DNA of 45,362 nucleotides, taken from Nemertoderma westbladi (lineage: Eukaryota > Animalia > Xenacoelomorpha). Positions 1 to 11,907 of the stretch are shown here, in pieces; the first letter of the stretch is position 1, and every line of letters begins with the position of its first letter. A model generated the notes under the pieces. The model made no database searches, was not told the origin of the DNA, and worked only from the letters and a program-made list of their open reading frames with translations. Location: contig JAUCBJ010000079.1 of assembly GCA_032718475.1 (NCBI GenBank), positions 1-45,362 on the forward strand, read 5' to 3'. The translations under genes were made by a program, and so were the position numbers.

Positions 1-2171
1 CTAGAGAACGCCACCAAAGAGTGGAATGAAACTCTTAATGTCATTGAGATGTATGGAGTTGTCACCTACGATAATGAAGGTAGCGTTCTGGTCGGAGAAC
101 TAGGAACTACGCGCATTATCCACATACGCGGATTAGCTGGTTCTACCCACGTGTTTACTCGAGCGTGTTCCGACGTGATTGATTATTCCTTTGAAACTCT
201 CACCGAAACGCAAAAGAATCTCCGACATGGACAATTCGAACTCGCGCAGCGTTACGTCATTGACACCGAACGCAAACCGGCCATGGGTATCGATGGATCG
301 ATGTTACCCCAGCCCGTACTCGAGATGTTGTTCAACGAAAGAATCCTTAAAATCGGCTCAGCTGTTTATGGAGATCTCCAAAACGACTTTCGGAATATGG
401 AAAATATCCCATATCCTTTCGTGGATACGCAGCTGATTGCTCCCTGGGCAGAAGGTCGAGGTTTCTTCCGCACCATGTATGCTAATACGTCCAGCAACAT
501 TACAAAGGTGCAACGAACTTCCATCGGACATCTTGCCTTTCAGGAATACGGATGGAATTTCAAAGTCGGAAATCCCATCAACTATCAACAAGTATACGGA
601 GACCATTATTCTCGATTATACTTTGATGGACCATTGACCGCACCTGGCGCCGTGTATAGCTTCATGAGTGTTCCACTCCGTCCCTCCTTAGCTATCTACA
701 CGATCTTTGAAAACACCGCACTTTCTGGTTGGCTAGCCGATGTGTGCAGTTGTACTATACGCGCCCATCCATTAATACTTGGGACCAAACTCGCTAAGCT
801 AGATGAACATAATAAATTCATCCGCTTCGAATGTTTCCGGCGATTTTTAACCCCGTTCCGCAACGTGGATAGCCAATTTAAAGACCACGCTTTGACCAAG
901 CTCAGCCTAAGAAACTCAGCTGCAGAGAAGTTAGATAGCGCTGGATTTGCCATTTTCAAAGAGATTTGTATATCGAACTTGCACTCCTCTGTTATACAAA
1001 GACCTCGAATCCCCACAGGTTATTCTGTCGTGGAAATTCAGACAATAGGTCCACTTGAAGAGACAGACACGCCCACCTCAGCTATGCACTGGGAAGACGA
1101 ACCAATATGCCTAGAATCTGAGGAGATTCAGCCTATCGCGCCCCGGAACAGCGACAACGATTACATCCTAGAATGGTATCAAGGTCCACAGTGTCTCACT
1201 GCGTACGATTATCGCCATGCCAACTATGTTTCTCGGCAACGTTGTCGGTTATGCGCATCGAGAGACCATGTTACGCCCATGGACACAAACGTCCGCTGTT
1301 CCTATTTCCACGAATAACCGGCGATGGAAATTTATTGCGCGTATTGCAGACTCAATAACTTGCACATTTTTGCGGTTTGCCCTCAATTTATGACTCAATG
1401 TCACCATTGTCAACTAAAGGGACACGCCAGTTTCGATTGCCCTTTTAATCACGATTTGGAAAGCTAGATGAAATGATCACACTACGTTACATCAGAGCTT
1501 GGGAAGCGAACGCTGATTTACATTGTGATTCGCGCCATCGGTATTATCCTGGACGCGCTTACGAAGGAGTTTATGCGTTCCATCCTTATCTATTCGCTTC
1601 TGTCGAACAGAAATCACGCATATTGAGTTACGAACTACTGAAGCGCATCGGAGAATGTATTTCAACCAAGTTCGTACGCAAATTTCTCAGGAGTGTTAAT
1701 CCTAGCGACCTTCATTCATATAACCTAATCAATTTTATCCGTCAGGATCCGGACTATGGCGACTTATTTGTTAACTCACACCCCGAGTTACAGGAAGTAT
1801 ATCGACGGCCTTACGAATACCGAGCCCGCGAACGCGAGTTGGAAAGAACCATTAAACCCAGGAAGTTTCTGACTGCCTATGGTCCACCCACGGCTCTCGT
1901 TCAGACCACTCGTAAAGGACCCGTAAGAGCGGCCGTCCTAAAACGCGCTCTCAAGGCCGTTAGACCCCTCTCCCCCGACGTTGATGTCAATCAACCCGGC
2001 ACTTCGACTGGCGGATACACCGACCATAATCCTACACCCTCTGATGCAATCATATTGCACCCTTCACCCAGGAGTTATAGCCCTCCTTGTAAAGTGGCTC
2101 GCCCCAAAGAGAAAAAGACTCTGGCCAGCTTTAAAAAACTGCGTAAACGCCGTCCGCGCAAGAAAGACTAA
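1..2171 (+). pseudogene. Accessory ORF of element A: DEDDy (WRN-exo/RNase D/EXD-like) 3'-5' exonuclease domain, Cys/His zinc-knuckle module and basic NLS-like tail; disrupted by one stop and one frameshift
   Basis: Frame 1 is open from base 1. Motifs: VVTYDNEG (ExoI), LPQPVLEMLFNERILKIGSAVYGDL (ExoII), FVDTQLIA, SIGHLAFQEYG and PLRPSLAIYTIFE (ExoIII-like, E in place of D). After TAA at 1315-1317 the same frame reads YCAYCRLNNLHIFAVCPQFMTQCHHCQLKGHASFDCP. A frameshift at ~1449-1464 joins it to ORF 1473-2171, which ends KKLRKRRPRKKD. Confidence 0.75.
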
Positions 2172-2248
2172 CTGTTTAGAGTATTTACGTATATTAGAAA
2201 CTGTGATTTTGTTTATTTATAGACTTGAATCCCATTTTCTTGGAGCGG

Positions 2249-4603
2249 TGTAAAAGCTTTTGCGGATATAATCAGTCCCCTTGCCCGCAAAGTACCGTGT
2301 GGGTGTTTTAACGGACATAAAAGTTGTTTTTCTATATGTGTGCTTTGGCGGACATGGCAAGACACAAAACCCGCAATGCGTCAAATCCTCTAGCACAGTG
2401 TAGCCTTGATGATTAAGATTACGACATCTAACAGCTGGTTGCTGGCATGGAAACGGCCGTTGGACACATGGTTCTTTGTTCAGCTTAACAGCCAATCAGA
2501 GCGATTTTTACCTTAGACGTGGAGATATTCTACAGATGGTACTAGGCGTGTTCAGTCTTATAGTTTTCTTGTTACTGTTGTGTTGTTGCTTCTAGGCCAA
2601 GAACACCGGCTCTGGAGTCAATTGTTTTCAGACTTTAGAAGAAACATTAGTAGGCTTAGATTATAGAACGTATAACTGTTATCAGTCCAGTTCAATCAGT
2701 GTATCAGTGCTGCATTATCAGTGTTACACATATCATATCTTAACCTCAATCTGAAGATAAAAGTATCTATACTGTCAATAATTTATAATAGTCGGTGTAG
2801 TGTGTGTGGGGGTGTGTGTGTGTGTAGGTGTGTGTGTATGTGTGTGTGTATAAGCTTTGTCAAAATAAGATATAGAACTTAATGAAGAAAAATCATCTTA
2901 AATTGATACAAACAATAACATTGATGACTGTTTTCCAGCTTCCTCGCATTTAACCTGGTCAAGGGACGTAGCTTGGGGCACCAGGGGGGGGGGGGGTATA
3001 ATTAATATAATAAATATGACTGGGATACTCTTAAAACTGATAATATGCAGCAGTAAAGAGTATGAGAATTTCAGTAAAGGAAAGTGAGATTGTTGGTTAG
3101 ATGAAATTGTGGCAGATGTATGGAAAGTAGTAGCGTTGAACATGAACAGAACATACCATTATTGGCAGATTGCAACTGGATGCTGAAAGTTTGTTGGTGT
3201 ACGTACAAACTACCAATGAATGAATGGTTGCTGCCAAAATATATACAAATTGATTATTCTTAATTAAGAAGTGGACCATATAGATAAACAAATGCATATT
3301 CTATTCTAAAATTCAATATAATTTTGATTTAAGCGGGTGAGGCTAATTTCTAGCACGAATATACCATATAACATACAATCTCTTGTTACGTGATTATCCC
3401 TATATGCACTTTGCCACCCCATCCTATTTGCTGTAGTGATACGAACTCGCCACACTACATGGCTCGACCTATGCCAGCAGATTCCCAGGGACTGCCGTAC
3501 TGTAGGGATGACTTACGATGAGTCATGGATACACCCTGACACAAACTCGGGATACTTACCTACCGAGTAGACGGGACAGCAGTAGTTAGCTAGTCAGGAT
3601 ACTACAACGCAATTATCACCAACCAATAAGGGGATTACTACCTAGTAAAGTCAAGGTAGCAATAGGGCCTCGTGGGTCGCGTCAATCAATGGGAAGATCA
3701 CGTGTTGCGCAATCTATATCATTCTCATACAGTAAATGCATTATATATATTGCTTATGAATAGATTGTACTGGGGTTAATCACTATAGGTGAGCCTCTAA
3801 TATCGTATCAGTGTCTTGCTAAGAGAGAACTAACTAATCGATCAGTTGAACATCGATTAGTCACAACGTTACTGCTGCTACTTAATGAGAATAGTAGTCA
3901 GGCCGTCTTAATGCTATTTACTGTTGTCATTATTTGTATCAGTTGGTTGAATATTATTACTTGGAGAACATCGATAAATAACCCAAATTTCCCAATTTTC
4001 TTGATACACTACAGGTTAGAGAGACAGGTTACATATAGCGATTGCGACTTATATTATCGTGGTTTGTAGTGAATTTAATGCTATTTGATAGGCACTACAT
4101 GAGTCAATTGCTGTTCTCTTTATGTATGATAAAATTCATTGACGGTCGGCAGATTAGTGTGCAGTATTGTGCGGTACCGGTAGTGTGCATGATTGTGGCT
4201 GATAACTAAGCATTTCCTAAAGAATGCGCCTCATACGTGAATCATAAGCCTTACCGTCTTACCGTTGTGTTTAGTATAAGTCATATCTCTGTTTACCTAG
4301 ATAGAGCGCCACGTCCTAAAGGAACTGTTAATATTTCCCGAAAGTGAATAATATTAGTCAGAAATTATTTATTAACGATCAATCTAATAATACAGTAAGC
4401 TTACACTGCAATAAAATCTAAGCCCTCCGAATCCAGTCTCCCGGGTATATCCAGCGGGTGAATGGACGCGCACTAGGCTGGCTTCGGCTAATGTTGTGTT
4501 TATTGGTATTAAATACTTGTCATATGTTAAAGTCTATTTATAAACCAAAAGAAATATAAATTTTGGCAGGTTAAACTGCTAAAGGTCTTCAAAAGCGAGT
4601 ACA
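2249..4603 (+). repeat. 3' LTR of element A (TGTAAAAG...GCGAGTACA), ~1.1 kb longer than the homologous LTRs of B
   Basis: Both ends align by eye with the reverse complement of the B LTRs (e.g. TCTCCCGGGTATATCCA, GGTTAAACTGC.AAAGGTCT). CCAAT box at ~2492, AATAAA at ~4410. Segment ~2740-3910 is absent from the B LTRs. Confidence 0.8.
2795..2850. repeat. Imperfect (GT)n microsatellite
   Basis: Directly visible. Confidence 0.9.
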
Positions 4604-4818
4604 ATTATTAAGATATATCAACAATACAATATAATATAATATAAATATCAATATCAATAAACCATCGCCATTACTATGTATATAACAATAATTGATGCAA
4701 CTACAATATTAGAGTACTGTATATTTAATTAACATATGACACAACTACAGTATGTGACGCTCGCTGCAACAAAAGGTGCTATTTCCAATTATAGTATAGA
4801 CTCATTTTCAATGTAATT

Positions 4819-5271
4819 TCAAGCATGGTGAGCATCTTTATACGCGAAATAATGATAGGTAACGTCGGCGGTTTGGAAATCACTTCCCGAGAATTTCGCA
4901 CTAATGATTTTTTTATGTTCGCTGCTAAAAAAATAAGGAATATAGTAGCAACACCGTCGTACTACATTTCTATAAAAAATATTCTCCAATATTGTAAATA
5001 AATCTCCGGGATCATTACTTTCCGCAGAAATATAAGTTATATTTCGAAGCTCTTTCCAATAATAGTTTTGATAACTTGCCAACTTTATATTAAACTTAGA
5101 TATGGGTGCGTGACAAATAGGACAAATTTTAGAACAATAATTATTCATTTCGGAATATTGTACAATACATTGTACGCTAGTTGCATGTTTATTTTCACAT
5201 TTATAATAATCTCGATGTTGTTGCAATAACTTAGAATAGCAAACTGGACATTTTTCATTTAAAATATCCAT
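4819..5271 (-). CDS. 150-aa intronless protein with an N-terminal RING-finger-like domain; possibly of viral origin
   Basis: CPVC...CENKHATSVQC...CPICH gives RING-like Cys/His spacing. Compact AT-rich ORF with an AAAATG start context. Confidence 0.55.
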   Translation of the reverse strand: MDILNEKCPVCYSKLLQQHRDYYKCENKHATSVQCIVQYSEMNNYCSKICPICHAPISKFNIKLASYQNYYWKELRNITYISAESNDPGDLFTILENIFYRNVVRRCCYYIPYFFSSEHKKIISAKFSGSDFQTADVTYHYFAYKDAHHA

Positions 5272-5439
5272 TTTCCAAATTTTAAAGTAAATTGAAAATA
5301 ATTACCTCAATACACAACAACAACAACAACAAACAAATCTGTTATACTGTATATACAATTACTACTACAATTTTCGATTATTTAAAAACATTAAAATTTT
5401 ATAAATAATCATAAAATATTTATAATATAGAGGGAAAAG

Positions 5440-5883
5440 TCAAGAATCAATGATATTATCAACATATTCAACATTATCTGTTGATTCTTCAGGTTCGACA
5501 AAGGATTCTTTTGAAATCATTACAATAAAGAAAGACATAATTTCGTAGGGGCTATGCCGATTTAGCCGTATTTCAAACTTTTCACCAGCTTCGTTGTATT
5601 GTGTAATAACAATTAACCCCTCTATCATGGATAATAGTAAGATGTTGCTTAATTTTCCCTCATGCTCAACTTTCAGGTTGTAATCTAAGAGATGAATACT
5701 ATTATCAGAAGCATCAATATCAATTGAGCTTAAAACTTTCCTGGCTTTTTCAGAAAACTCAATTTTATATTTATCATCTCCCCGACGGTAAATCGTATAA
5801 TCAATAACAATATAGGCTTCACCATCTTCTGCAGTAAATGAATGCCTTACTATTGGCATAACCATATCGGAATCAGAAGACAT
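5440..5883 (-). CDS. 147-aa intronless hypothetical protein with an acidic tail; possibly of viral origin
   Basis: Clean ORF in very AT-rich DNA with globular-protein-like composition, tandem with the RING ORF (168-bp spacer), TAAATAATG start context. Confidence 0.45.
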   Translation of the reverse strand: MSSDSDMVMPIVRHSFTAEDGEAYIVIDYTIYRRGDDKYKIEFSEKARKVLSSIDIDASDNSIHLLDYNLKVEHEGKLSNILLLSMIEGLIVITQYNEAGEKFEIRLNRHSPYEIMSFFIVMISKESFVEPEESTDNVEYVDNIIDS

Positions 5884-6768
5884 TATTTAATTTATTTTAT
5901 TGTAAATCAAACAAACAAAGTAAAAACTTTTAAACTAAAACCATTACAAATGATTAATTGTGATTAAAGCAAGAGATTATATATATATAAGATATTTTCA
6001 AAAATAATACAGGTCTTAAACTGAGAAATAGCCTAAATTCGGATTATTGATTGGTTGATTAGCCGGTAGGGAACTACTGTATAAACAAAAATTATTTGGT
6101 TCTGCGTAATAATAATAATAATCACTAATGCTCGTATACGCGTAGCTGGAACGTGGCGGAATTTCATGTATCATACTGGTTGGTTTGTTGATTTGGCGAC
6201 AGCAGTTGTGGAGTTGGCAATCAATATAATATAATATATACGTGATGCGTGTAGATGGCCACGTCGTCACCATATACAGTATACAGTGGTGGTAACGTGG
6301 CAGTGGTGGTAACGTGGCGAAAAGGTGAATAACCGTAGGGTTAGGCAAGCATCACTGTTGATTGGTTGGTTGGTGGGTGGCTGGGTGGGTAACAGCCGTG
6401 GATCGAGTAGCGATGGGTTGGGGGCTAGCCTTGCATCGTGAGGTTAGGCTATGTGAAGATGAATATGCAATGGTTGGTGAAAAATAACGATTTGAAAAAT
6501 AGTAGACGTTACCTGATGCTAAGTGTAGACATCCGAACACCTGTAAAATAAAGGTTGGTGATTGGATGCAGTACTAGCGTTGGGTGACTAATAACGCCTC
6601 TAGCGGAATAAGCGGGAACTTGAGAAGTTACCATGGTTACGGATGAAATGCTGACATCTGATTGGTTGAAATAATAACGATCACTGGTAAAGGATGAAAT
6701 GGTGGCTTCTGATTGGATGCAGTACTAGAAATGGATGGTAATGATGGGCTACGGGTGACCATGGCGCA

Positions 6769-9700
6769 GTGTCATACAAACATATACTACTTATAGGGGG
6801 ATATAATTATTTTAAGGTGTGTCGGAATAAGAAACATCGTAGTGCAAAACGCTTCAGTGGTGGAGTGTTGGTATATTTTAAAATTGATCTAGAACCACAC
6901 GTAACCAATCTAAATGATTTCAGTGTAGAAGATATTATATGGTTAAAACTAGATAAACAATGTTTAGGTTTAGAAAGGGATCTTATTTTTTGTTGTGCAT
7001 ATATAGCGCCGTACAATTCCACTAGCCACAACAACAGTGCAATTGACTTATTTGATGATATTGAAAGAGGGTTGGCATTTTATTGGGACAGTGCAGATAT
7101 ACTAGTTATTGGTGATTTAAATGCCAGAACGGGTAAAGGATGTGATTATATTGCAAGCAATGGCGGGATGATTACACATTGTGATGAATCACTTATTGGT
7201 GACCAGGTTGATGATGAAAATGAATTTATTTATTATTGTATAAATATCGATAGAAATAATTTTGATAAAAAGGTAAATGCCTATGGTACAACATTATTAA
7301 ACCTATGTAAAAACACTGGCCTACGCATTTTTAATGGAAGGCTAGGGAATGACGAAGCCTGTGGTGATTTTACTTTTCGTTCTGGCAATGGTTCTTCTAC
7401 AATTGATTATGTACTAGGCACAGTACCAATGATGGGGCATTGTACAGATTTTTTTATTGGTATCCCAAATATTTATAGTCACCACTGTACAATTTCATTT
7501 AAATTAGAAGTGCAAACATTTCTCGAGCCAAATGCTACTGAACCCGATGCTAGTAACATACATGTTGAGACTCCAGTAAACCGTTATTTTTGGAACGATA
7601 GAGTTAAACAGCAATTTAATACGAATATGAAACATGCAAATATGATAAACGAGCTGCAGAATATTGGCGACCTGATTATCTCCGATGTTAATTTTCCACT
7701 GCAAAATGTAGACGCTGCGGTGGGGAACCTTTCGGATATATTCGATCGTCAGGCAGAAATTTTATCATTACATCGAACTGATAACGAACAAGGTAATGTT
7801 AATTCCTTTTGTAATGGTGCAATTTGGTTTAATTTAGAATGTAGGGATGCAAAGTTGGCTTTTAATAGTGCGTTGTCTAATTGGAAAAGTTCTGGAGCAC
7901 ATGAAGCGTATTCCTTACTTCAAAGGAGGCGTGCTCAATATAAAGCAACCCTGCGTAAAACCCGATTTGAATATTCGAGAAATGAAGCGCAGCGCCTGAA
8001 CCTGGCACGTGTGTCAGACCCGAAAAAGTTTTGGAAAAAATTGAAATCTATTTGCCGGGTTGCTATTCCGAGAGGGGCAAATGAACCATCTATTAACCAG
8101 TTTAAACAATATTTCGAGCGACTTAGTTCAAACAATTCAAATTTTCAGGATATGGGAAGGAATTGTAGTAGTTACGTAGGTAGAAATGTTAATATAATTG
8201 AAAGTAGAAGTTGTTTTGAGAATGATTTGAGTATGCCATTTGATGAAGTAGAAGTAAATAACGCTATTAATAAGTTAAAGCGCGGTAAATCTCCAGGTGT
8301 AGACAATATTATTAGTGAATTTATTATTGAAGGTCGGGATCAGTTAGTACCGGTGTTAACATTATTATTTAGTGCTATTTTGGAATCGGGCAATTTTCCA
8401 CGAGATTGGACAATTGGTATTATATGTCCATTGTTTAAAAAGGGGAAAAAGTCGGACCCCGGTAACTATAGGGGAATAACTCTGTTGTCAATTTTGGGTA
8501 AATTATTCACATCCGTTATTAATAGTCGTTTACAATGGTGGGCAGATTGCTATGGTATTGTAGTTGAAGCCCAGGGTGGTTTTCGAGCAGGGTTTTCTAC
8601 AGTTGACCAAATGTTTGTTTTACGTGCGCTTATTGATCACTTTTTGTTAACTCGTAAGAAAAAATTATATTGTGCTTTTATTGACCTGAAAAAGGCATTC
8701 GATTCAGTTAGTCGTGCAGCTTTATGGTTGAAATTAATCAATTTAGGTGCGGGTGGCAAAATGCTAAATGTTATTAAGAATATGTATAGTAGTGTAAAGT
8801 CATGTGTAAAAGTAGATGGTAAATTGTCAGAAACATTTTTAGTATCTATAGGAGTTAGACAAGGTGAGAGCTTATCACCCTTTTTGTTCAGTATTTTTAT
8901 TAATGATTTGGAAAACGAATTAAGACAAGGTGGCATTGAAGGTATAGATGTTGGTACGATGAAATTATTCTTATTGCTATTTGCTGACGACATCGTTATA
9001 TTGGCAGAGACTGAGTCAGCTTTACAGCAATCCCTAATAATTCTAGAATTTTATTGTAAATATTGGTGCTTGGAAGTAAACTTAGATAAATCTAATGTTG
9101 TTGTTTTTGGTCACAAAGGTCGTCCATCGGCGGTGCAATTTTACTACAATAACAAAGTGATGCCAAAAATTAATCAGTATACATATTTAGGTATTACTGT
9201 ATCTTCACGGTATCTGGAAAATTTTATATTGCTCAAAGTAACATTGCAGAACGAGGTAGTAGAGCATATTTTTCTTTACTAAAATACTTTGTACGATTTC
9301 CCCATGCTACTTTCGATTGTGCTATAAATTTATTCGACACTTTAGTGAAACCTATTTTAATGTACGGTGCTGAAATTTGGGGTTTTGATACAGCTGATGA
9401 TGTAGAAAGGGTACACTTACGGTTTCTGAAAAATTTTCTGGGTGTTAAAAAAACTACTCCAAATTTTGCAGTATATGGAGAGACAGGTCAATTACCACTT
9501 ATTTTCGAACGTTGATTCAGATTAGTTAAGTATTGGACCAGAATTATTAATCTACCAAATACTAGGTTGGTGAAACAGGCTTATTTAATGTTGTGCAATG
9601 ATTTGAATAACGTGCTAGATAGTAGTAGTAGTCATTTAACGCCAAAAAGTTGGGTTGTGCAATTAAGAGGAATACTAAATGATTTAGGATTTAGTTGGGC

Positions 9701-10316
9701 TTGGCAAAATCAGGATGTAGGTAATAGTGTTAATACTTTTCTATTCAATGTAAAGCAACGTATCACTGATCAGTTTGTGCAATTTTGGAGATCAGAAGTA
9801 GCATCGTCCCCAAAAGGAAGATTTTATATAAAGGAAATATTCAAACCCTCTACTTACATTTACGTATTGAGTAATAATTTAGCGTTGCGCCGGCTTTTTG
9901 CGCAATTTAGATGCTCATCACACGGGCTGAGTATTGAAACGGGACGATGGTACGGTATAGCTAGGGACCAGCGAATTTGCAATATGTGCGATTCTAATTT
10001 AGTAGAAGACGAGTACCATTTTCTATTAGGTTGCACTTTTTATCACAGCCTGCGGTGCAGATACTTGGGTATGAGATATATGGTTTTCCCGAATTTTTTA
10101 AAATTTATTGAATTAATGCAAACTGACGATCCTACTAAAGTTTTGAATATTGCGCGATTATTTTTCATGCATTTAAATTACGTGCAACTGTTAGCTAACT
10201 ACTGTATACTGTCTATTGGAAATGTTTAATTTACTGAAATTGTTGATAATATTATGTATGTATATGTACAACAGGGGCTTTAAGTAGCCCGATCGTTGAT
10301 TAATACTAATAATAAT
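6769..10316 (+). mobile_element. 5'-truncated non-LTR retrotransposon (APE endonuclease + RT; RTE/RTE-X-like), frameshifted near 9205-9212
   Basis: EN motifs GDLNAR and STIDY; RT motifs AQGGFRAGFSTVDQ, FIDLKKAFDSV, GVRQGESLSP and LLFADD; C-terminal IETGRW...C..C...EDEYHF...C. An alternative frame from ~9213 (SGKFYIAQ...KPILMYGAEIWG) runs into ORF 9567-10229. (TAA)n-like tail at ~10300-10316. Clade assignment is by eye. Confidence 0.9.
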
Positions 10317-10930
10317 TCATGCTATTACGCTCAAATTTAAGTGCTACCAAATGTTCTCAAAATTTCACCCCCTAGGTACAGAGCCCAGCAAAGGGTTGCC
10401 TAGTTGGCTACGTTTTGTTATTGGATTTATTATCCATTTAGATTTTATTTTCTAACACACCCCTATCAGCGGACAGACAGACGTAAAAGACAAACAAGAC
10501 AGAAGGAACCAGTTCCATGAGATACCAAAAAAGAATCATAAAAAGGCACAAATATAAGTCTCAATTATAGAAATTAACTCGAGAAAATACTCTAAGTACG
10601 TACAGTACAACTAATATGGTGTCAAAAAAATATAATAATTCCAATTCCTACAGCAACATAATATAAGGAAAGAACACAATCATGTTAATATCTTCAACAT
10701 AACTCAGTTTACTCTTGTCGTAACAAATAATATAAGCAAAAATATTTTTTTGTCAACAGGTTCCATCATATCAAAAAATACAGATATGCATCTAATCTCG
10801 ATATAGTTTATAAACAAAAAATAACTTTCAATTTAAATTAAGATTTAAATTCCCGCCACCATTTCACTTTATGATTTAAAATATAAAGAAAATTGCTGTG
10901 TATAAATTTAATGTAAAATGTCTTTTAAGC

Positions 10931-11907
10931 GTCCCAACCAGAAGGACTTTGTATTTCAACCTCCCAACCAGAAGAACTTTGTCTTTCAACCGTCCCAACC
11001 AGAATAACTTTGTCTTTCAACCGTCCCAACCAGAAGAACTTTGTATTTCAACCTCCCAACCAGAAGAACTTTGTCTTTCAACCGTCCCAACCAGAATAAC
11101 TTTGTCTTTCAACCGTCCCAACCAGAAGAACTTTGTATTTCAACCGTCCCAACCAGAAGAACTTTGTCTTTCAACCGTCCCAACCAGAATAACTTTGTCT
11201 TTCAACCGTCCCAACCAGAAGAACTTTGTATTTCAACCGTCCCAACCAGAAGAACTTTGTCTTTCAACCGTCCCAACCAGAATAACTTTGTCTTTCAACC
11301 GTCCCAACCAGAATAACTTTGTCTTTCAACCGTCCCAACCAGAAGAACTTTGTATTTCAACCGTCCCAACCAGAAGAACTTTGTCTTTCAACCGTCCCAA
11401 CCAGAAGAACTTTGTCTTTCAACCGTCCCAACCAGAATAACTTTGTATTTCAACCTCCCAACCAGAAGAACTTTGTCTTTCAACCGTCCCAACCAGAATA
11501 ACTTTGTCTTTCAACCGTCCCAACCAGAAGAACTTTGTATTTCAACCGTCCCAACCAGAAGAACTTTGTCTTTCAACCGTCCCAACCAGAATAACTTTGT
11601 CTTTCAACCGTCCCAACCAGAAGAACTTTGTATTTCAACCTCCCAACCAGAAGAACTTTGTCTTTCAACCGTCCCAACCAGAATAACTTTGTCTTTCAAC
11701 CGTCCCAACCAGAATAACTTTGTCTTTCAACCGTCCCAACCAGAAGAACTTTGTATTTCAACCGTCCCAACCAGAAGAACTTTGTCTTTCAACCGTCCCA
11801 ACCAGAAGAACTTTGTCTTTCAACCGTCCCAACCAGAATAACTTTGTATTTCAACCTCCCAACCAGAAGAACTTTGTCTTTCAACCGTCCTAACTGGAAG
11901 AACTTTA
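10931..11907. repeat. Tandem satellite of ~31-32 copies of a 30-31-bp unit (CCGTCCCAACCAGAA[G/T]AACTTTGT[C/A]TTTCAA)
   Basis: Directly visible, with head-to-tail units and no spacers. Confidence 0.97.

Larger units (their letters stand above)
1..4603 (+). mobile_element. 3' end of BEL/Pao-related LTR retrotransposon A (accessory ORF, PPT and 3' LTR); 5' part lies outside the window
   Basis: Sequence 2010-2265 and the LTR are clearly homologous to the reverse complement of element B (14750-15003 and its LTRs), and B carries a BEL/Pao gag-protease. PPT-like GGAGCGG at 2242-2248 precedes TGTAAAAG. Confidence 0.8.

Noticed and set aside
3384-3866. Possible solo LTR (TGTTACG...TCACA) within the extra segment of LTR A
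   Set aside because: No matching TSD or convincing terminal inverted repeat.
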